Shown piece by piece: positions 42,714 to 51,903 of a stretch of 64,000 bases of DNA. A program made the translations under genes and the position numbers. Source of the stretch: Ignavibacteriota bacterium (GTDB lineage: Bacteria; Bacteroidota; Ignavibacteria; UBA10030); assembly GCA_963727825.1 (NCBI GenBank), contig CAVSHO010000009.1:32001-96000 (forward strand). The letters are read 5' to 3'. The notes beneath the pieces were generated by a model. It searched no databases. It saw nothing but the letters and a program-made list of their open reading frames with translations, and was not told where the DNA came from. How positions within the stretch are numbered: position 1 is the stretch's first letter; each line of letters opens with the position of its first letter.

Positions 42714-42827
42714 AGTTGAGTAAACTTACTGAAAGTTTTTTGAGCAATATTTTTCCTATAATAGTAATTACAAGTACCCCTTTCATAAAAAAATAGGATC
42801 CAATAATCTTTAAACGGGGATTTTATT

Positions 42828-44462
42828 ATGAAGAAAATTAAGGATATCGCTTCACAGTTGCATATCTCCGAGGATGATCTGATTCTCTATGGCAATTACA
42901 AAGCTAAAGTACCATTGAAATATATAGACAACAATAAACTAAGAAATAGCAATTTGATTCTGGTCTCAGCTATTTCTCCGACGCCCGCAGGAGAGGGAAA
43001 AACGACCATATCAATCGGTCTGACACAGGGAATGAATAGAATCGGAAAACAAACAACGGTCGTGCTGCGAGAACCTTCCCTTGGACCGGTCTTCGGAATG
43101 AAAGGTGGTGCGACAGGAAGCGGACATGCGCAGGTCGTTCCTATGGAAGACATCAATCTTCATTTCACCGGAGATTTTGCGACTATTGAGAAAGCACACA
43201 ATTTACTCGCTGCTCTGATAGACAATAACATTCAAAATAAAAAATATAATTTAGGAATTGATCCTCGAACAGTTCACTGGAAGCGAGTGATGGATATGAA
43301 CGATCGTTCGCTCAGAAAAATTATTGTTGGTCTTGGTGGAACTCTCTCGGGGATCCCGCGTGAAACTGGATTTGATATTACAGCTGCTTCGGAAGTCATG
43401 GCTATACTCTGCCTTGCGGAGAATCTTACCGACTTAAAGCGAAAATTGGGAAATATTTTCGTAGGATTTACTTTTGACAAGAACCCAATATATGCACGCG
43501 ATTTGAAAGCAAGCGGTGCAATGACCGCACTGTTAAAAGATACTATTATGCCCAATCTTGTACAAACCATTGAAGGAAATCCTGCAATTATTCACGGCGG
43601 TCCTTTTGCCAACATCGCACAAGGAACAAATAGCGTTGTTGCAACAAAGATGGGTTTATCTCTTTCAGATTATGCAGTTACAGAAGCTGGATTTGCATTT
43701 GATTTGGGAGCAGAAAAATTCTTTGATATAAAATGCGGTTATTCAGGATTATCGCCTAAAGCAGTCGTCCTTGTAGCAACGTTGAAAGCATTAAAATATC
43801 ATGGCGGTGCAGATTTAAAAACTGTTAACCAGCCGAATAAAGAAGCTTTGAAGAAAGGCCTGGGCAATCTCGAGAAACATATTGAAAACATTATTGCTTT
43901 CGGTATACGCCCGGCGGTTGCGATAAATAAATTTACCGCCGACACAGAAGAAGAGCTAAACATCGTAAAAGATAGGTGCAAAGAGCTTGGAGTGCCTGCA
44001 TCCATAGCAGATGTGTGGGGAAAGGGCGGTGAGGGTTCTATGGAGCTTGCAGAGATAGTCTGCGATATAGCAAAAAATTGCAAAAACAGATATATCCCAA
44101 CATATGATTGGAATTGGGATATTACGAAAAAAGTCGAAACCATTGCAAAAAATATTTATGGCGCAAAAGCAGTAGAGTATACAGCCAAAGCTAAAGCCGA
44201 TCTAGAAAAGATAGAGAAACTTGGTCTGGATAAACTTCCCGTGTGCATGGCAAAAACCCAGAACTCACTTTCCGATGATCCAAAACTACTTGGCAGGCCC
44301 CAAAACTTTCTGATAACAATAAGAGAAATTGAAGTTGCTGCCGGTGCTGGCTTTGTCATTCCGATCACGGGTGAAATAATGCGCATGCCGGGCCTTCCTG
44401 CTGTTCCGGCTGCCGAAAACGTCGATGTAGATGACAACGGAAAGATTACGGGATTATTCTAA
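42828..44462 (+). CDS. fhs: Formate--tetrahydrofolate ligase
   Basis: PTPAGEGKTT, REPSLGP.FG.KGGA.G, EDINLHFTGD, HGGPFANIA, MPGLP. Confidence 0.97.
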   Translation: MKKIKDIASQLHISEDDLILYGNYKAKVPLKYIDNNKLRNSNLILVSAISPTPAGEGKTTISIGLTQGMNRIGKQTTVVLREPSLGPVFGMKGGATGSGHAQVVPMEDINLHFTGDFATIEKAHNLLAALIDNNIQNKKYNLGIDPRTVHWKRVMDMNDRSLRKIIVGLGGTLSGIPRETGFDITAASEVMAILCLAENLTDLKRKLGNIFVGFTFDKNPIYARDLKASGAMTALLKDTIMPNLVQTIEGNPAIIHGGPFANIAQGTNSVVATKMGLSLSDYAVTEAGFAFDLGAEKFFDIKCGYSGLSPKAVVLVATLKALKYHGGADLKTVNQPNKEALKKGLGNLEKHIENIIAFGIRPAVAINKFTADTEEELNIVKDRCKELGVPASIADVWGKGGEGSMELAEIVCDIAKNCKNRYIPTYDWNWDITKKVETIAKNIYGAKAVEYTAKAKADLEKIEKLGLDKLPVCMAKTQNSLSDDPKLLGRPQNFLITIREIEVAAGAGFVIPITGEIMRMPGLPAVPAAENVDVDDNGKITGLF

Positions 44463-44496
44463 ATACAATTTATAAGAAAATGAAAGATCAAATTTA

Positions 44497-45369
44497 ATGA
44501 GCGTTGCAGGACTTACTATAATCGGCGAATCGATAAACGATTCGGTTCCATCTACTCACGAGCTTTTCGAAAAGAATGATATCGCCGGCATTATCGAGTT
44601 AGCAAAATCTCAAGCCGAAAGCGGTGCTGCCTATATCGACGTAAATGTCGGGCTACGTTCCCCTGGATTCATGGCGGATATTGTAAAAAAAATTCAGGAA
44701 CATATTTCTCTTCCGCTATCAATTGATACTCCAGATCCTGAAATAGCCGCTGCTGGATTGGAAGCTTACAATCCAGTGCTTGCCGGAAAGCGGAAACCGA
44801 TTCTGAACTCAATTTCCCAGGCACGGCTGCAAATGTTCGACATCTATAAGAGACAGCCATTCATTCCGATAATGCTCCTCACAGAGGGGGCAGAAAAAAG
44901 TGGCGATATTAAAATGAACAAAACTGCCGAAGAAACTTTCGCTACAGCAAAAATCATGATGCATATCGCACGCGAACGCATTAATGATGTAGAGAACAGC
45001 GAGCTGATTCTTGATCCGGGTATTATGCCAATCGGAAGTGATTCAGACGGAAATTTTAAGCGGCTGATAAATTCGATCAGGTTAATCCATGAAGATGCCG
45101 ATCTCAAGGGCGTGAATATGTCCGTCGGGCTTAGCAATTTTACTGTCATGTTGCCATCAAAACGCGCAGACGGTTCGCCGGTAAAAGGTCCGCTTGAAAG
45201 CGCTTTTTTAACAATGGCAATGCCCATGGGATTTAATACTATTATAGGTTCAGTGAAAAGGAAATATTCGATTCTTGCAGACGATCACCCAGCAATGCAG
45301 TGTTTAAAGGATGTGTTGGAATTAGAAGGTTATGATATCATTATGAGAGTTATGAGTTACTATTCTTAA
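44497..45369 (+). CDS. Stand-alone pterin-binding methyltransferase (corrinoid:THF methyltransferase, AcsE / MetH folate-domain-like)
   Basis: IIGESIN, GAAYIDVNVG, PLSIDT, ILNSIS, ILDPG, VGLSN motifs. Confidence 0.85.
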   Translation: MSVAGLTIIGESINDSVPSTHELFEKNDIAGIIELAKSQAESGAAYIDVNVGLRSPGFMADIVKKIQEHISLPLSIDTPDPEIAAAGLEAYNPVLAGKRKPILNSISQARLQMFDIYKRQPFIPIMLLTEGAEKSGDIKMNKTAEETFATAKIMMHIARERINDVENSELILDPGIMPIGSDSDGNFKRLINSIRLIHEDADLKGVNMSVGLSNFTVMLPSKRADGSPVKGPLESAFLTMAMPMGFNTIIGSVKRKYSILADDHPAMQCLKDVLELEGYDIIMRVMSYYS

Positions 45370-45395
45370 GATAATTTTGAAAAGAACTTAATTAA

Positions 45396-45854
45396 ATGCC
45401 GCTCGATTTTGTTACATCTGGAAAACCCCCAATATCACTCCGTGAACGGAAACTCTCCCGCTTCATGCTTTTTTTTGAGGACGTTGTAAAAGTTCCTCTA
45501 TTCGGTTGCCAGCATTGCGGTGAATGTATATTAGCTTCTACAGCTTTTATCTGCAGCCAAAGATGTCCTAAGCGGATACGCAACGGTCCATGCGGCGGTA
45601 CAGGCGAAGGAGGATCGTGTGAGGTGTTTCCGGAAAGAAAATGCGTATGGTACAGAATCTATTATCGGTCAAAATTGCTAAATCGTATCAGTTTGCTATA
45701 TCGCATAAAAAAAATACACAACTGGAATTTGGAAGGTACCTCAGCCTGGCTAAATCTATTCAAAAAGCGAATTGAGGCACCGACCTGGTTTCTCCGCAAT
45801 GATAAACAAAAGATAAAGGATATTATTTCCCGTGACACTCAAAGAAAAAATTGA
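45396..45854 (+). CDS. MetV-like (MTHFR C-terminal Cys-rich) subunit
   Basis: CQHCGEC...C...CPK.IRNGPCGG...CEV.....CVW; overlaps the start of metF. Confidence 0.85.
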   Translation: MPLDFVTSGKPPISLRERKLSRFMLFFEDVVKVPLFGCQHCGECILASTAFICSQRCPKRIRNGPCGGTGEGGSCEVFPERKCVWYRIYYRSKLLNRISLLYRIKKIHNWNLEGTSAWLNLFKKRIEAPTWFLRNDKQKIKDIISRDTQRKN

Positions 45855-46728
45855 ATCAAATAGGTTCATTGTCTGCGGTGAGATAGGTCCACCCAAAAGC
45901 TGTGACGGCAATGTTATTCGGGAAAAGTCAAAGTACTTTAAAGGTCTTGTTGACGCAGTCAATATAACAGATAACCAAACGGCAGTTGTCAGTTTATCAA
46001 GTATTGCTTCAGCGAAGATATTGCTGGAGGAAGGCATCGAACCGATTATGCAAATGACATGCCGCGATCGGAACAGGATTGCAATCCAAAGTGATTTATT
46101 AGGTGCCGCTGCATTGGGCATCAACAATTTACTTTGTCTCACCGGCGATCATCAGAAATTCGGCGATCAACCCGAAGCTAAAGGCGTGTTCGATCTGGAT
46201 TCAATCCAACTAATTGCAACTGTTGCTAAAATGAACAGTGGTTTTTTCCTTTCCAATCAGGAAATGAAAAAAGCTCCGGATTTTCTCATCGGTGCCGCCG
46301 CAAATCCATTTGCCGAACCGTTTGAAATGCGGTTAATCCGTTTGCATAAGAAGGTAGAAGCCGGTGCGCGTTTCATACAAACTCAACCAGTGTTTCATAT
46401 GGAGGTTTTCAGGCGGTGGATGGAAAAAGTTGTCGAAATGGGACTGTATGAGAAATGCGCAATTCTTCCCGGTGTCATGCCAGTAAAATCGGAGAAAGTT
46501 TTGCTTCATATGAAAAAGGAAGTCCCTGGTGTAAAAATAAACGATGAATATATCAACCGCATGAAAGAAGCGCGCGATCCTAAAGAAGAAGGTATAAAAA
46601 TTGCAGTCGAAATGATTCAATCACTACAAAAGATAAAAGGCGTCCACGGTATCCATCTTATGCCCGTTATGTGGGAAAGCATCACTCCGATCATTATCAA
46701 AGAGGCAGGATTAGGAACGTTAAACTAA
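45832..46728 (+). CDS. metF: Methylenetetrahydrofolate reductase (MetVF type)
   Basis: EIGPPK, AVNITDN, QMTCRDRN, LTGDH, FDLDS, KKVEAGA.FIQTQ. Confidence 0.92.
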   Translation: MTLKEKIESNRFIVCGEIGPPKSCDGNVIREKSKYFKGLVDAVNITDNQTAVVSLSSIASAKILLEEGIEPIMQMTCRDRNRIAIQSDLLGAAALGINNLLCLTGDHQKFGDQPEAKGVFDLDSIQLIATVAKMNSGFFLSNQEMKKAPDFLIGAAANPFAEPFEMRLIRLHKKVEAGARFIQTQPVFHMEVFRRWMEKVVEMGLYEKCAILPGVMPVKSEKVLLHMKKEVPGVKINDEYINRMKEARDPKEEGIKIAVEMIQSLQKIKGVHGIHLMPVMWESITPIIIKEAGLGTLN

Positions 46729-46755
46729 TCCTTTACATGGTTTATCATAAGAATA

Positions 46756-46792
46756 AACCTGTCACATTAAGTATGTTGAAATGTGACAGGTT
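46756..46792. terminator. Probable bidirectional terminator between the convergent operons
   Basis: aacctgtcacatt...aatgtgacaggtt perfect 13 bp stem. Confidence 0.7.
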
Positions 46793-46870
46793 CTATAATA
46801 TATCTCAATTGCAAAAATTTTTGTATGTTTCAATTTTTTAGGCAACGAGAAATTTTCACACTGTTATTCT

Positions 46871-48023
46871 TCACTGAACTTTTTTAGCAAAGGCTTCTCC
46901 TGCATACTGCTGCATTTGAAAACCATTAACCTTGCCTGTCTTATCTTTCTCAAAATGAATCGATAAAAACTGACCTTTGATGTAAAAATCTTTCTCAGTT
47001 TCTGCATAGAATGGTATCTTCTGGTTTCCAGGAGCAATGCCAACAAGTTGATTATCTTCTCGTACTATTTTGATATGAAATTGAGGACTGATTTCGTACT
47101 CGCCAACATATTGATCCAATATTTTGTCATCAATTTTTAAACAAGGCTTTTCAAATACATACTGTAATCCTCTGTTAAATCCTTCAGGTTTTGTTCCTGA
47201 ATGTCCGGATCCCTTTATTACCGGAGCTTCTACCTCTAGGCCTTCAATATGATAATCTCTAATAGTTGCTGCCAGTTTTTCAAAACCGGGGACATTCTCA
47301 TATTCACCCATCATCGTATACAGTTTTATTGGATGTGATAATTTTACTTTTGAGAATTTCTCTGCATACTTGTACAACGAAGCATTATCCCATGTCCAAG
47401 CTGGACTTCCAGCGACATAATGATTGAATAAATCGGGTTCAGTAAAGAGAGTATATAAAGTGAACAAACCACCTAGCGAGTGCCCAACCAATGTGCGTTC
47501 ATTTTTCTTTGTTCGATATTTTGATTCAATAAAAGGAATCGCTTCATTCTTAATGAACGAGAGAAATTTTTCGGCATTGCCAAATTGCGATGGCTGACCA
47601 CTGTTAGTTGGTGTTAAATCAAAAGCACGTCGTTTATCATAATTCGGATTTTCACCGCCCCACGTAATACCGGCAATAATAGCTGCAGGCATAAATCCGT
47701 CATAATATTGATCTCCGTAAATAGCTGTTACTAATGAAAAATCCCACTGGCTATCTACTAAATAAATAACCGGGTATGTTTTACTCGTATCTTCATAATG
47801 CTGCGGCAAGTTTATATGGAGTTCGTATTCCTGTCCGGTAATAGCAGAATGAATTTTCAAGAAGCTGTGAGCCGGCAATTTCAACCTGAGGTGGTCGAAC
47901 AGATGAAGCATCTTTTGCCTGGCCAAAACTTTGAGCAGATAAGAGTAAAGATAAAAAGATGAAAACAAAGATTTTACCAATCTTATCAAAACTATTATTA
48001 TGAATTTTGTGCAATGTGTTCAT
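46871..48023 (-). CDS. Exported alpha/beta-hydrolase esterase (IroE/BesA-like) with C-terminal DUF3471-like domain; +1 frameshift near 47860
   Basis: YPVIYLVD, GHSLGG nucleophile motif, LDQYVGEY tail; signal peptide is in ORF 47793-48023. Confidence 0.8.
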
Positions 48024-48136
48024 AAGAATTCCCTTCTCAATGTGGATAATTTTAACGAGTAATTATCTATTATTTGACAACAAGCGAAAAATCAGAATCT
48101 CAAGGGGCTCAATTTCACAGGTTCTAACAGAATGAA

Positions 48137-49006
48137 TCAAAATCCGGTGCTTACTTCCGGAATACGCTTAAGGAGATCCCGCATCTGTTCCTGGTTCTCC
48201 TGTCCAATGGTGAATGCATCTATACAATTGAGGCTAAGGACGTACCGGAGGCATTCATCAATCTGATGGCGAAGTTGACCAGCTCCAAAAATTTTCATCC
48301 CAACAATTCCCTTTCCATCTTTATGCATTCTTCGTAAGACTTTAACCACCGTTGGGACATCGGCATCCATTACCGCCCCCGCTTGGTTAATTCTGGCAAG
48401 ATCAACCTGCACCCAATCTGAATTGGCAGCCGCTTCTAACGCCTTCAAAGAATGGCAGGAAACACCATGTGCGTGAATAATTCCCTGTTCGCGCGCTTTA
48501 GCTAAATACTCCATCGCTCCTTGCTTTTGACCGGGCCAGTCTGCATCTGTCATCATGTGCAACAGGACTATATCGATATAGTCGACTCCAATTTCCTTCC
48601 GGAATCGATCCAGATCTTCCTGCATTTCGCTGGCATCAGTTGCATGGGTCTTTGTCAATATCACAACGTTACTGCGTGGCACTCGCTTGAGTGCCTCTTT
48701 CATATGAGGATGACTTCCGTATTGATCTGCCGAATCCCAAAAGTTTATTCCCTGATCATATGCAGCACATAGAAGATCCGCGACACCCTTCATACCAAGT
48801 TCCCGTGTCTGATCCGAATGATGGTTATATCCATTCGTACCTGTGCCCATTGCTAATCGCGAAACCTTTATGCCCGTCTTGCCAAGTGTGATAATATCAT
48901 TTGCATATTTCTTATCCTCCCCCATAGCAAAAATCTTTGCCGCTGGTGAAAAAGCCAGAGCACCAGCAGTGGCCGCAGTATATTTGAAAAATTCACGTCT
49001 TCTCAT
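48137..49006 (-). CDS. Aldo/keto reductase with twin-arginine-like leader
   Basis: MRRREFFK..AGALA leader; LGKTGIKVSRLAMGT, WDSADQYG, ILTK, DIVLLH. Confidence 0.85.
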   Translation of the reverse strand: MRRREFFKYTAATAGALAFSPAAKIFAMGEDKKYANDIITLGKTGIKVSRLAMGTGTNGYNHHSDQTRELGMKGVADLLCAAYDQGINFWDSADQYGSHPHMKEALKRVPRSNVVILTKTHATDASEMQEDLDRFRKEIGVDYIDIVLLHMMTDADWPGQKQGAMEYLAKAREQGIIHAHGVSCHSLKALEAAANSDWVQVDLARINQAGAVMDADVPTVVKVLRRMHKDGKGIVGMKIFGAGQLRHQIDECLRYVLSLNCIDAFTIGQENQEQMRDLLKRIPEVSTGF

Positions 49007-49089
49007 AACAGGAATTTTTATATGTTCAAATCAATTGGTGGATAGTAAATGTATCATTCGATTTAAATATGTGGGTGATTTAAAAATTA

Positions 49090-50115
49090 TTATTTTCTCA
49101 CCGCTTCGATAAATGCTTTAATGTTTTCCGTACTAACTGCGGGCGGCATCCCTCCTCCGCAAGAAAAAATTACTTTAGATTTATCAATCAAAGAATTTAC
49201 TAGATCGATTGTTGTTTCTGTAACCTTGGCGGTATCGCTGCTTGCCAAAACATCGCGCGGAGGAATATTACCTACTAATGTTACTCTATTTTGGGTCAAT
49301 TGTTTCAATTCATTCAAAGAAATATCAAAACCCATATTGAATAGATTTACTCCTATCTCCGGTAGCATAGGTGCAGACACCTTGCAGGGGGCATCATTAT
49401 GCAAAAATTTGATAGAAACACTTGCATCAAATAATTCTTTGAAATATGGCAATCCGAAAGTGCGAAATTCTTCCTCCCCCATAAAACCGATTATATCGTC
49501 CAGCAAAAGAATCCCGTCGATGGATGGGAATGTTTCCATTTGCAGATTCAGCCAATCCTTAAGAAATAACGTGATTTTTTTCATTAGTGTTTCAGCTTTT
49601 TCCGGCTGCATCATCATCGTAGTCAAAAATTCTGTAGAGCCCATTAGATAACTGGCAATATTTAGAGGACCGCGGGCTACGGCAAATCGAATTTTATGCC
49701 CGGCTGCTTCAATTTTTGGTTGGGCAAGTCTTAAACGATTGAGCATGAATGGCAAAAGACCATCTGTTTTCGGGTTCGGCTGCAGAAGCGAATCTATATC
49801 ATCAACCGATTGGATAATTTTATGCGCATGCGGAAATTCGTTCATCGGGAATACGCAGCGTGCTCCAAACGCCGATGGTTCAGTACACATACCGAATTCA
49901 GACCAGAATCCTGGCAGAAACATTACCTCTGGAAAATCCTGGAGTGCTTTCAAATTTGCCTTCAACCATAATTCATCATTTGAAAAATAGTCAAGAATAT
50001 TAATGCCATACCAATTCGGTAACCATGGACAATCAATAATGAAACCCACCGGCAAAGGATTTAAAATTTCTCCCTTTATTATTTTCTGAAGCATTTCCCA
50101 TTGTTGATCTGTCAT
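49090..50115 (-). CDS. UROD/MtaA-fold protein, probable substrate:corrinoid methyltransferase
   Basis: RGPLNIASYLMG, LLDD, FLHND, LVGNIPP.DVL, IFSCGGG...NIKAF; lacks the HemE MRQAGR motif; adjacent to corrinoid genes. Confidence 0.8.
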   Translation of the reverse strand: MTDQQWEMLQKIIKGEILNPLPVGFIIDCPWLPNWYGINILDYFSNDELWLKANLKALQDFPEVMFLPGFWSEFGMCTEPSAFGARCVFPMNEFPHAHKIIQSVDDIDSLLQPNPKTDGLLPFMLNRLRLAQPKIEAAGHKIRFAVARGPLNIASYLMGSTEFLTTMMMQPEKAETLMKKITLFLKDWLNLQMETFPSIDGILLLDDIIGFMGEEEFRTFGLPYFKELFDASVSIKFLHNDAPCKVSAPMLPEIGVNLFNMGFDISLNELKQLTQNRVTLVGNIPPRDVLASSDTAKVTETTIDLVNSLIDKSKVIFSCGGGMPPAVSTENIKAFIEAVRK

Positions 50116-50194
50116 CCTACTTTCCCTTCATTCTTTTATGCAACGACCATTTCTATTTGCATATTACTATTTCTGTTTTTTACGGACTCAAACT

Positions 50195-50950
50195 TTATGA
50201 TTTGTGAATAGCACGTTCTGCTTTGGCGACGCGAATTGCTCTATATGTACAATCCTTCATACCGCATGTATCGCAGGTATAATCGACTCTTTTAACTGCT
50301 TTTCCGACACCTATAATCCCACTAACAGATTTAATCGGCACCATTAATGAAGATTCGGTCAGAGTGATTCCACAAAAATTAGCTGGAAAGAACGAAAATA
50401 GGAGTTGTTGTTCCGACACAGACCAATCGCAATAACCTGGACTGTACCTATTGGTAATTTTTAGTCCTTGTAACCGCATTTGCTTTTCGATGTGATCATG
50501 AAGCACATCAGTTGTCTGTTCTTCTGTTACCGATGCAACAATATCGACCATGTAACCTAACGTGGCATCACCGTCGGCAAACAATTTTTTTGCCCAGGTT
50601 TCCATCGCCCGGCCTATGGTACAGACAAACAACGCTGCCTTTTCGGATTTTCTGAGCTGGCTTGTAACAATCTTTTGTAATCTGAAAAATTTATTCCCGA
50701 TAATTAATCCATCATTTCGATCTTCGGTTTTTTTAACATCGAGAAGCCGATAGCCTGCTTGTATTTCACAATATTCTGGTAATCGAAAAAGAATATCATC
50801 GATCATTTCTTCAAAATGTGGCGGAATTGTTCCCTTCGTATATCCAAGAGCAGTCACGATTTCATTTTTACTAATTGATAGATCGCTGAAGTTAATTTTA
50901 ACTTCAAAAGTATCTTTCTCTCGTTCGATTTGTGGAAATATAATTTCCAT
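50195..50950 (-). CDS. Stand-alone B12-dependent methionine synthase activation domain protein
   Basis: FVCTIG, RYSPGYCDW, LTESSLMVPIKSVSGIIG and terminal CDTCGMKDC. Confidence 0.85.
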   Translation of the reverse strand: MEIIFPQIEREKDTFEVKINFSDLSISKNEIVTALGYTKGTIPPHFEEMIDDILFRLPEYCEIQAGYRLLDVKKTEDRNDGLIIGNKFFRLQKIVTSQLRKSEKAALFVCTIGRAMETWAKKLFADGDATLGYMVDIVASVTEEQTTDVLHDHIEKQMRLQGLKITNRYSPGYCDWSVSEQQLLFSFFPANFCGITLTESSLMVPIKSVSGIIGVGKAVKRVDYTCDTCGMKDCTYRAIRVAKAERAIHKS

Positions 50951-51834
50951 CAGTGAACTCTAATTGCATGGACTAAACTCTGGATATGTGACGGCGTAGT
51001 ACCACAGCAACCACCGATAATATTCGCCCCGCTATTTATCAAATCCTGAACTTTTGCAGCCATCATTTCCGGTGTTTCCGGAAAATCCGTTTTACCATCT
51101 TGATAAATAGGCTTGCCTGCGTTGGCATGGACGAGGATAGGAGTTGATGGATCAATACTTCTGATTTCCTTTACTATGTCAATCATTTGATCGAATCCGT
51201 TTCCGCAATTCGTCCCGATGACACAAGCTCCAGCATCCTTAATCGCCTGGACCATTTCCGCAGGTGCAACTCCCATCATCGTACGGTATTCACCATTGAG
51301 GGTTTTTTCAAAAGTAAAGGTACATGCAATTTCCAAACCAGTAGATTCATGCGCTGCACGAACCGCGAGACACGCTTCATCAAGAGCAGACATAGTTTCT
51401 ACACAAATGGCATCTACGCCGCCTTTTTTAAGAGCTTCTGCTTGAATACAGAATCCGTCGTATAATGTCTCTTCAGATACTTGTCCCATCATCAACATGA
51501 TGCCAGTAGGACCGATGGAGCCAAGCACAAGATGATTTCCACCTGCTGCTTCTCTTGAGATAGCAGCAGCAGCTTCATTTAACTCGGAGGTACGATCTTG
51601 CAACCCATAATGCTCCAACTTAGACGGACTGCCGCCAAAACTGTTGGTGAGAATCATATCAGCACCGGCGTCGATATAACTATTGGCAATTGCAAACACA
51701 TCGTTGCGGTGAGTAACATTCCAAAGTTCCGGACATTCCCCGGGCTGTAAACCACGTTGATATAAAAATGTTCCCCAAGCACCATCGGAGATGAGGACTT
51801 TTTTTTCTTTTAGCGCCGTTAGAAGTAAACTCAT
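50950..51834 (-). CDS. Homocysteine S-methyltransferase domain protein (MetH Hcy-binding module)
   Basis: SDGAWGT, GADMILTNSFG, GSIGPTG, GTNCG, NAGKP, GGCCGTTP zinc ligands. Confidence 0.9.
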   Translation of the reverse strand: MSLLLTALKEKKVLISDGAWGTFLYQRGLQPGECPELWNVTHRNDVFAIANSYIDAGADMILTNSFGGSPSKLEHYGLQDRTSELNEAAAAISREAAGGNHLVLGSIGPTGIMLMMGQVSEETLYDGFCIQAEALKKGGVDAICVETMSALDEACLAVRAAHESTGLEIACTFTFEKTLNGEYRTMMGVAPAEMVQAIKDAGACVIGTNCGNGFDQMIDIVKEIRSIDPSTPILVHANAGKPIYQDGKTDFPETPEMMAAKVQDLINSGANIIGGCCGTTPSHIQSLVHAIRVH

Positions 51835-51903
51835 TCCTGATTTTCCCGATTACTTAAAAATTATTATCCTGTTGCCAAGGTGAGTTGTTTTTCTTTTATC
51901 AGG

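Noticed and set aside
42510-42827. Cobalamin, THF or SAM riboswitch ahead of fhs or the corrinoid genes
   Set aside because: No conserved riboswitch core visible by eye; an Rfam cmscan would be needed to exclude it
44497-45369. Annotation as dihydropteroate synthase folP
   Set aside because: Has the methyltransferase-type IIGE.IN and GLSN motifs, not the FolP N.TPDSFSDG motif
49090-50115. Annotation as hemE
   Set aside because: Lacks MRQAGR and has no haem-pathway neighbours
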